This document shows, one piece after another, positions 56,763 to 64,000 of a stretch of 64,000 bases of DNA (positions within the stretch are counted from its first letter, which is position 1; every line of letters begins with the position of its first letter). Source of the DNA: a phage; sequence record PQ327946.1; one strand, given 5' to 3'. A model generated the notes under the pieces. The model searched no databases, was not told the origin of the DNA, and saw only the letters and a list, made by a program, of their open reading frames with translations. The translations under genes and the position numbers were made by a program.

Positions 56763-58495
56763 TGGAAATGATTAGCAGTAGCCTTAATTGGTTCGTGGGT
56801 GTTGTCGAGGATAGAATGGACCCATTAAAACAAGGGCGAGTTCGAGTTCGAGTCGTTGGTCTTCATCCGGCGCAGAGAACACAAGGTGATGTACAAGGTA
56901 TTCCTACAGAAAAACTTCCATGGATGACTGTTATTCAACCTATTACGTCTGCATCAATGTCAGGTATTGGTGGTTCTGTTACAGGTCCTGTTGAAGGAAC
57001 TCGAGTATATGGTCATTTCTTAGACAAATGGAAAACAAACGGGATTGTACTTGGTACATATGGCGGAATAGTACGTGAAAAGCCTAATAGACTTGAAGGT
57101 TTTTCAGACCCGACAGGTCAGTATCCGCGACGTTTAGGTAATGATACGAACGTATTAAACCAAGGTGGTGAAGCTGGTTATTATTCAAACTCTAACGTAA
57201 TTCAAGATAACAACTTGGATTATGGTATAAACCCAGATGATACAGATTTAGCAAATATTCCAGAAGATGATGACCCTAATTTTACAATAACAGAAATGTT
57301 ACGTCGTGACGAAGGTCTTCGTGATAAAGTGTATTGGGACCATCTCGGGTATCCTACAGTAGGTATTGGACACCTTATCGTAATGGAAAAGACCCGAGAT
57401 ATGTCTCGAATTAATAAATTGTTATCTGATCAAGTAGGGCGTGAAGTAACAGGAAATCCGGGAACTATTACATTAGAAGAAGCAACAGCGTTATTTGAGA
57501 AGGACCTTGCTAAGATGCAGAAAGACATTCGTTCTAATTCTAAAGTAGGTCCTGTTTATGCTAAAATGAACAGATCTCGCCAAATGGCGTTAGAAAACAT
57601 GTGCTTCCAGATGGGCGTTGGTGGTGTAGCAAAATTCAATACTATGCTTAAAGCAATGGCCACAGGTGATTGGAAAACCGCATACAAATCTGGACGCGAT
57701 TCGTTATGGTTCCAACAGACTAAAGGGCGTGCTTCACGTGTAACAACAATTATTTTAACTGGTAACATGGAATCATATGGCGTTCCTGTTAAAACACCAC
57801 CTTCACCAGGAGTTGGTGCTGATTTAGTTACTAGAAATACCGATCCAGAAGACCCAGCTGGTCCTCCTGTTCCGTTAGATTCACGCATCCTTTTTAAAGA
57901 ACCGGAATCAAGTTATCGTGGTGAGTATCCATACGTTCATGCTATGGAAACAGAAAGCGGACATATCCAAGAATTTGACGATACTCCAGGTAATGAACGT
58001 TATCGCTTAGTTCATCCAACAGGGTCATATGAGGAAGTTTCTCCGTCTGGGCGTCGTACTCGTAAAACTGTAGAAGACCTTTTTGACATCACTAATGGCG
58101 ATGGGAACTTCTTGATTTCTGGTGATAAGCTTGTTAACGTTGGTGCTAACGAAATATATTATAACATGGCAGACCGCCTCCATCAAATAGATGGCAATGA
58201 CACAATCTTTATTCGCGGTAACCAATCTAAAACTGTTGAAGGCGATGGAACTCTTTACGTTAAGGGTAATATCAAAATAGTTGTTGACGGAAATGCAGAT
58301 ATTCTTGTTAAAGGTGATGCTAAAACTCAGGTCGAAGGGAATCATGATTACACCGTCAACGGAAACGTTAAATGGACTGTTAATGGTAATGTTGATATGA
58401 CTGTTGCCGGGGATTGGGCAGAAACAATGTCTACAATGAGCTCAGTAGCTTCAGGACAATACACTGTTGACGGATCTCGTATTGATATTGGGTAA
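56762..58495 (+). CDS. 5: Baseplate hub and tail lysozyme, cell-puncturing device
   Basis: 577 aa; central T4-lysozyme-like domain; C-terminal VxGxxxxxV beta-helix repeats. Confidence 0.95.
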   Translation: MEMISSSLNWFVGVVEDRMDPLKQGRVRVRVVGLHPAQRTQGDVQGIPTEKLPWMTVIQPITSASMSGIGGSVTGPVEGTRVYGHFLDKWKTNGIVLGTYGGIVREKPNRLEGFSDPTGQYPRRLGNDTNVLNQGGEAGYYSNSNVIQDNNLDYGINPDDTDLANIPEDDDPNFTITEMLRRDEGLRDKVYWDHLGYPTVGIGHLIVMEKTRDMSRINKLLSDQVGREVTGNPGTITLEEATALFEKDLAKMQKDIRSNSKVGPVYAKMNRSRQMALENMCFQMGVGGVAKFNTMLKAMATGDWKTAYKSGRDSLWFQQTKGRASRVTTIILTGNMESYGVPVKTPPSPGVGADLVTRNTDPEDPAGPPVPLDSRILFKEPESSYRGEYPYVHAMETESGHIQEFDDTPGNERYRLVHPTGSYEEVSPSGRRTRKTVEDLFDITNGDGNFLISGDKLVNVGANEIYYNMADRLHQIDGNDTIFIRGNQSKTVEGDGTLYVKGNIKIVVDGNADILVKGDAKTQVEGNHDYTVNGNVKWTVNGNVDMTVAGDWAETMSTMSSVASGQYTVDGSRIDIG

Positions 58496-58498
58496 TAT

Positions 58499-59014
58499 AT
58501 GGCACAAATACTTCCTTTAAATACCGACTTAGGAGAAGACATGGAAGGGGCGTCTATTGACGTCCTTTTTACTCCACAGTTAGAAACAACCGAAACTTTA
58601 GTGTCAATAAATATAACAGATTATGAACCGACACAAGGCATTACGGTAGATGGTAATCGTTTATATGGAACATATGAAAGTGTGTTTAGCTTTTCTTCGG
58701 ATGCATTGAAATACCGATTAAATGATGATTTTGAAACCGCATCTTCATGGGATGATTTACCAAAAGATGAATCCACACAGTTATATTTGTGGAGAGCTCC
58801 TCAGAATCTTCGTAAAGTGTTTAGTTATACGGTTGAAATGATTTATAACTACCAAGAAGAAAGTTCATCAGGCGGTTCTAGAAGTGACTCTGGTACAGAA
58901 CCTCCACCGGCTCCAGTACAAAAAACTCTTACTAAGGTTTATACAAAAACTATAGTAGGAAATTGGAGCAAATGGGCTCAACAATTACGAAACTATGTTT
59001 ATGTGAGGCCGTGA
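58499..59014 (+). CDS. 5.1: Baseplate-associated protein
   Basis: 171 aa ORF after gene 5. Confidence 0.6.
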   Translation: MAQILPLNTDLGEDMEGASIDVLFTPQLETTETLVSINITDYEPTQGITVDGNRLYGTYESVFSFSSDALKYRLNDDFETASSWDDLPKDESTQLYLWRAPQNLRKVFSYTVEMIYNYQEESSSGGSRSDSGTEPPPAPVQKTLTKVYTKTIVGNWSKWAQQLRNYVYVRP

Positions 59015-59016
59015 AA

Positions 59017-59310
59017 ATGTCTGGCTTAAGTTACGACAAGTGCGTTACAACAGGTCATGAAGCATGGCCTCCTACTGTAATAAATGCTTCCCAATCTAAA
59101 GTATTCACCGGTGGTATTCCTGTTCTTGTGGCAGGAGACCAAATAACACCTCATACAGAAATTAAAAAACCATACGAGACTCATGGAGGTGTTACTGAAC
59201 CTCGTACATCTAAAGTATACGTCACCGGTAAAAAGGCCGTTCAAATGGCTGACCCAATTTCATGCGGGGATACTGTTTCTCAGGCCTCGTCAAAAGTCTT
59301 TATAAAATAG
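59017..59310 (+). CDS. 5.4: PAAR-repeat spike tip protein
   Basis: 97 aa from ATG at 59017, same length as T4 gp5.4. Confidence 0.7.
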   Translation: MSGLSYDKCVTTGHEAWPPTVINASQSKVFTGGIPVLVAGDQITPHTEIKKPYETHGGVTEPRTSKVYVTGKKAVQMADPISCGDTVSQASSKVFIK

Positions 59311-59318
59311 GAATTAAA

Positions 59319-61292
59319 ATGGCAAACACTCCTGTAAATTATCAATTAACACGAACAGCGAATGCTATTCCCGAGATTTTTATCGGGGGCACATTTGCCG
59401 AAATCAAACAGAACATTATCGAATGGCTCAATGGGCAGAATGAATTTCTTGATTATGATTTTGAAGGTTCGCGTTTAAACGTATTGTGTGACCTTTTAGC
59501 ATATAACACTCTTTACATCCAACAGTTCAGTAATAGTGCAGTGTATGAAAGTTTTATGCGTACTGCAAACTTGCGTAGTTCTGTTGTACAAGCGGCTCAA
59601 GATAACGGATATCTGCCTTCATCTAAATCAGCAGCACAAACAGAAATTATGCTCACATGTACGGATGCATTAAATAGAAACTATATCACCATTCCACGTG
59701 GCACTCGTTTCTTAGCATACGCTAAAGATACTTCTGTTAACCCGTATAACTTTGTTTCTACTGAAGATGTCATTGTAGTTAAAGACAAAAATAACCAATA
59801 TTTTCCACGTCTTCGATTAGCTCAAGGACGTATTGTTCGCACTGAATTAACATTTGATAGATTAAAACCTATCATTATTCGTGATAAGAATATTGACCGT
59901 AATTTGGTTAAGCTGTATGTTGACGGAGCAGAATGGATTAACTGGACTCGTAAGTCGATGGTTCACGCTGGTTCTACGTCAACAATCTATTATATGCGTG
60001 AAACAGTTGATGGGAACACCGAATTTTATTTTGGTGAAGGCGAAATCTCTATTAACACATCAGAAGGTGCGTTAACATCTAACTATATTGGTGGCCTTAA
60101 ACCTGTTCAGGGTTCTAAAATCGTAATTGAGTATATTTCTACTAACGGCGCAGATGCTAACGGTGCTGTAGGATTTTCTTATGCTGATACATTAGCTAAT
60201 ATCACGGTAATCGATATTAACGAGAACCCTAGCAATAACCCAGACTTTGTTGGGGCCGACGGCGGCGGCGACCCTGAAGATATTGAACGTATCCGCGAAT
60301 TAGGCACAATTAAACGCGAAACTCAACAACGTTGTGTAACCGCTTCCGACTATGACACATTCGTCTCTGAGCGGTTTGGTTCTATTATTCAAGCGGTTCA
60401 AACATTCACAGATTCATCTAAACCAGGGTACGCATATATTGCTGCTAAGCCTAAATCTGGATTGTATTTGACTTCTGTTCAACGTGATGATATCAAAAAC
60501 TATTTGAATGATTATAACTTAGGGACTATTACACCTGTTGTTATTTCGCCTGATTATTTGTTTATCAAAATGAATATCAAAGTTACGTACGCGTTGAATA
60601 AACTCCAAGAATCAGAACAATATCTTGAAGGGCAGATTATTAATAAAATTGACCGTTATTATATTGAAGATGTAGAAATTTTTAACTCATCGTTTGCAAA
60701 ATCTAAAATGCTAACTTATGTCGATGATGCAGATATTTCTATTATTGGTTCTTCAGCTACTATTCAAATGGTTCGCGAAGTACAAAACTTCTATAAAACG
60801 CCTGAGGCCGGTATTAAATACAATAATCAGATTAAAGATAGATCGATGGAATCTAATATATTCTCGTTTGATTCGCACAGACCTAATCCAGAAAATGCAA
60901 ACGAAACTATTAAATACGGTGTTCGCATAGTATCTTCTGACCGTAATGATCGTGGCATAGGTCAAGTTATTATTGGTCCATTTGCAGACGGTGATGTTGT
61001 TGAAAACGAAAATATACAACCTTATACAGGTAATGATTTTAATAAACTTACTGTTACTGACGGACGAAACAAATACTATTCAATTGGTGAAGTGAATTAT
61101 CCTGCCGATTCGATTTATTGGAACATTGCTAAAATTGACCTCACTTCAGACCGTTTTGAAGTTCAAACAATTGAACTTTATTCCGACCCTGCAGATGATA
61201 TTATTTTTACAAAGGATGGTTCTTTAATCGTATTCGAAAATGACTTACGTCCTCAGTACTTAACTATAGATTTGGAGCCTATTTCACAATGA
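59319..61292 (+). CDS. 6: Baseplate wedge protein
   Basis: 657 aa from ATG at 59319; size and position match T4 gp6. Confidence 0.8.
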   Translation: MANTPVNYQLTRTANAIPEIFIGGTFAEIKQNIIEWLNGQNEFLDYDFEGSRLNVLCDLLAYNTLYIQQFSNSAVYESFMRTANLRSSVVQAAQDNGYLPSSKSAAQTEIMLTCTDALNRNYITIPRGTRFLAYAKDTSVNPYNFVSTEDVIVVKDKNNQYFPRLRLAQGRIVRTELTFDRLKPIIIRDKNIDRNLVKLYVDGAEWINWTRKSMVHAGSTSTIYYMRETVDGNTEFYFGEGEISINTSEGALTSNYIGGLKPVQGSKIVIEYISTNGADANGAVGFSYADTLANITVIDINENPSNNPDFVGADGGGDPEDIERIRELGTIKRETQQRCVTASDYDTFVSERFGSIIQAVQTFTDSSKPGYAYIAAKPKSGLYLTSVQRDDIKNYLNDYNLGTITPVVISPDYLFIKMNIKVTYALNKLQESEQYLEGQIINKIDRYYIEDVEIFNSSFAKSKMLTYVDDADISIIGSSATIQMVREVQNFYKTPEAGIKYNNQIKDRSMESNIFSFDSHRPNPENANETIKYGVRIVSSDRNDRGIGQVIIGPFADGDVVENENIQPYTGNDFNKLTVTDGRNKYYSIGEVNYPADSIYWNIAKIDLTSDRFEVQTIELYSDPADDIIFTKDGSLIVFENDLRPQYLTIDLEPISQ

Positions 61293-64000
61293 CAGTAAAA
61301 GCGCCAGCAGTCACAAGTCTCAGAATATCCAAGTTGTCCGCTAACCAAGTTCAAATACGCTGGGATGACGTTGGTGCTAATTTCTACTATTTCGTAGAAA
61401 TCGCTGAGACTAAAACGGCAGACGGGGAAATAATTCCCCCTGCCAGCTACAGATGGACAAATTTAGGATATACTCCTAATAGCAACTGGTTCGAAAGTAG
61501 CTTAGACCCATTAACTTCTTATATTATTCGTGTATCAACTGCCGCCGAAGGCTTCGAGAGATCTGATTGGGTATATACTGAAATATTTGAATCATTTCAG
61601 ACTAACGCGTATACATTTCAACATATGATTGAAATGCAATTGGCTAACACTTTTATTAGAGAAAAATTTACAAATAACAACATGGCTTATGTCGATTTTA
61701 ATAACGACACTATAATGGCAGCTCTAATGAATGAATCGTTCCAATTTAGCCCTGCTTATGCGGATATTTCATCTATTAAAAATTTCATTATTGGCGAAAA
61801 TGAGTATCATGAAATTCAAGGTTCGATTCAACAGGTGTGTCATGATATAAACCGTGTTTATTTGATGGAATCTGAAGGAATTCTTTATTTGTTTGAACGG
61901 TATCAGCCTGTGGTTAAAGTCTCTAATGATAAGGGACAAACCTGGAAATCGGTTAAATTGTTTAATGACCGTGTAGGGTACCCTGTATCAAGAACAGTGT
62001 ATTACCAGACAGATTACACCACGTATGTTCTTGGATATGATAAATTATTTTACGGCCGTAAATCAACCGACATTCGTTGGTCTGCCGATGATGTGAGATT
62101 TAGTTCTCAAGATATAACATTTGCTAAAATTGGTGACCAATTAAATTTAGGATTTGATGTAGAAATATTTGGTAACTACGCATCATTACCTGCTAACGTA
62201 TCACGTATTGCAGAAGCTATTGTTTGCAACGACGATTATGTATACGTTGCTGCTCGAGATAAAGTTCGTTTTATTAAAACTAGTAATGCCCCTATTGATT
62301 CAGACCCGTTATCTCCGACATATTCCGAACGTTTGTTTGAACCAGAAACATTTAACATCACAGGTAACCCTAAGGCCGTTTGCTATAAAATGGATTCTGT
62401 TGGTGGTAAAATATTTGCACTGATTATCGGTGAAGTTGTTAATCTTAATGACGACCCGAGGACCACTCCTATTGTTGATTCTGTTGATAAGGGTGTTTAC
62501 GTTCTAGACCATGATGCTGGCACATTTAAACGTGTGTTTGGTAATACTGAAGAAGAACGCCGTCGTATTGAACCTGGGTACACCAGTATGTCTACTGATG
62601 GTGTTGAGTTATCTATTTCATCTAGTAATTTTAAATTTTTAGAATCAGATATTGTTGATGACCCAAAAACACAAGCCAAGTACGGTTTAATCGGTGCTGT
62701 TAAATACGAGTATCCTCGCGAATGGTTGGCTGATAAACATTATCATATGATGTCATTTATTTCAACCGAAGACTCTCAATGGGAATCGTTCACTCCTCAA
62801 CCGATGGAATACTATGCTGAGCCATTCTTTAGTTATTCTAGAAAGTCTGGTACTCGTTGTTGGATTAATAACTCAGACAAGGCCGTTGTAATTTATTCTG
62901 ATTTACTTTACACTAAGGTTATTGAGAGTCATCCACTTAGTTCTCCAGACCGTGAAGTTCATGAATATTGGAAGGACGGTGACTGTACAATAGTGATGCC
63001 TAACGTAGATTTCACCGGATTTAAAAAATATGCATCCGGCATGATTTTCTATAAAGCATCAGGTGAGATTATTTCTTATTATGATTTTAGTTACCGTGTT
63101 AGAGATAATGTTTCTATAATTTGGAAGCCTACTAATGTATTCTTAACAGCATCGTTACAAAACCAAGAAAAAGATACCACATGGTCTCCTGTGGAAGAGA
63201 ATGGTATTGCGGACCCAGATTTACGACCATTGCTCACTACAATGATGCCGGAGTCTTATCTTTTAGATAATACAAACTTCGAAGCATTCTGTGAGGCTTA
63301 TATTCAGTATCTTTCTGACGGCTATGGGACCCATTATAACAACCTTTTAAATCTTATTAAAAATCAATATCCGCGAGAAGAACATGCGTGGGAATATTTA
63401 TGGTCTGAGATTTATAAACGAAACATTTACTTAAACGCCGAAAAACGCGATTTAGTGTCTCGTTTCTTTGAATCAAGAAGTTATGACTTCTATTCAACTA
63501 AAGGAACTGAAGCATCATATAAATTCTTGTTTAAAGTGCTTTATAATGAAGATGTTGAAATTGAAATTGAATCTAGTTCCGGGACCGAATATGATATCAT
63601 CATTGAATCTGATTCGTTGACAGAAGATTTGGTCGGACAAACCATATACACCGCTACAGGACGTTGTAATGTAACGTATATCGAGAGAAGTTACTCTAAA
63701 GGTAAATTACAATGGGCTGTAACAATTCACAACCTCTTAGGTCGTTTAATCCAAGGACAGGAAGTTAAAGCTGAAAGACTCCCTGGTTTTGAAGGTGAAA
63801 TTGTTCGTGGTATTAAAGGTAAAGAGCTTTCTCAGAACAACATCGATTACATAAATCGTGGTAGAGCATACTACGTAATGAAGATTAAATCTAAACTTCC
63901 ATCATCTCGTTGGAAATCAGACGTATTACGTTTTGTTCATCCGGTTGGATTTGGATTTATCGCAATTACCCTTCTCACAATGTTTATTAACACCGGATTA
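61289..64000 (+). CDS. 7: Baseplate wedge protein, 5' part; continues beyond window end
   Basis: ATG at 61289 overlapping gene 6 stop (ATGA); frame appears open to 64000. Confidence 0.7.
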   Translation, partial: MTVKAPAVTSLRISKLSANQVQIRWDDVGANFYYFVEIAETKTADGEIIPPASYRWTNLGYTPNSNWFESSLDPLTSYIIRVSTAAEGFERSDWVYTEIFESFQTNAYTFQHMIEMQLANTFIREKFTNNNMAYVDFNNDTIMAALMNESFQFSPAYADISSIKNFIIGENEYHEIQGSIQQVCHDINRVYLMESEGILYLFERYQPVVKVSNDKGQTWKSVKLFNDRVGYPVSRTVYYQTDYTTYVLGYDKLFYGRKSTDIRWSADDVRFSSQDITFAKIGDQLNLGFDVEIFGNYASLPANVSRIAEAIVCNDDYVYVAARDKVRFIKTSNAPIDSDPLSPTYSERLFEPETFNITGNPKAVCYKMDSVGGKIFALIIGEVVNLNDDPRTTPIVDSVDKGVYVLDHDAGTFKRVFGNTEEERRRIEPGYTSMSTDGVELSISSSNFKFLESDIVDDPKTQAKYGLIGAVKYEYPREWLADKHYHMMSFISTEDSQWESFTPQPMEYYAEPFFSYSRKSGTRCWINNSDKAVVIYSDLLYTKVIESHPLSSPDREVHEYWKDGDCTIVMPNVDFTGFKKYASGMIFYKASGEIISYYDFSYRVRDNVSIIWKPTNVFLTASLQNQEKDTTWSPVEENGIADPDLRPLLTTMMPESYLLDNTNFEAFCEAYIQYLSDGYGTHYNNLLNLIKNQYPREEHAWEYLWSEIYKRNIYLNAEKRDLVSRFFESRSYDFYSTKGTEASYKFLFKVLYNEDVEIEIESSSGTEYDIIIESDSLTEDLVGQTIYTATGRCNVTYIERSYSKGKLQWAVTIHNLLGRLIQGQEVKAERLPGFEGEIVRGIKGKELSQNNIDYINRGRAYYVMKIKSKLPSSRWKSDVLRFVHPVGFGFIAITLLTMFINTGL

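Overview
This window is a contiguous segment of a T4-like (Tevenvirinae) myophage genome. The 903-aa gp43 polymerase reads like the RB69-type enzyme, but I cannot run a search to confirm. Positions 1-56125 are a dense minus-strand early/middle array in canonical T4 order: uvsX, [beta-gt slot replaced], 42, [imm slot replaced by a 4-gene sugar-activation cassette], 43, regA, 62, 44, 45, rpbA, 45.2, (HNH endonuclease on plus strand), 46, 46.1, 46.2, 47, [alpha-gt slot replaced], 55, small ORFs, nrdH-like, nrdG, nrdD, 49, nrdC, accessory genes, tk, macro-domain protein, regB, GrcA-like, denV, internal proteins, e, Nudix, accessory genes, 2 tRNAs, ipI, 57B, 57A, 1, 3, 2, 4. From 56187 to the end the plus strand carries late baseplate genes 53, 5, 5.1, 5.4, 6 and the start of 7. 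Intergenic regions hold repeated T4-type early promoter/stem-loop cassettes, SD-sequestering hairpins, three near-identical terminators and TATAAATA late promoters. The most notable content is the absence of alpha/beta-glucosyltransferase and imm and their replacement by genes predicting an NDP-sugar (probably pentose) pathway for hydroxymethylcytosine hypermodification, plus several candidate anti-defence genes. Product calls rest on motifs read by eye and on my recollection of T4 proteins; no database search was run. Short-motif coordinates are hand-derived and may be off by 1-2 nt. The ORF track renders GTG/TTG starts as M, so several N-termini were trimmed to the first well-placed ATG.
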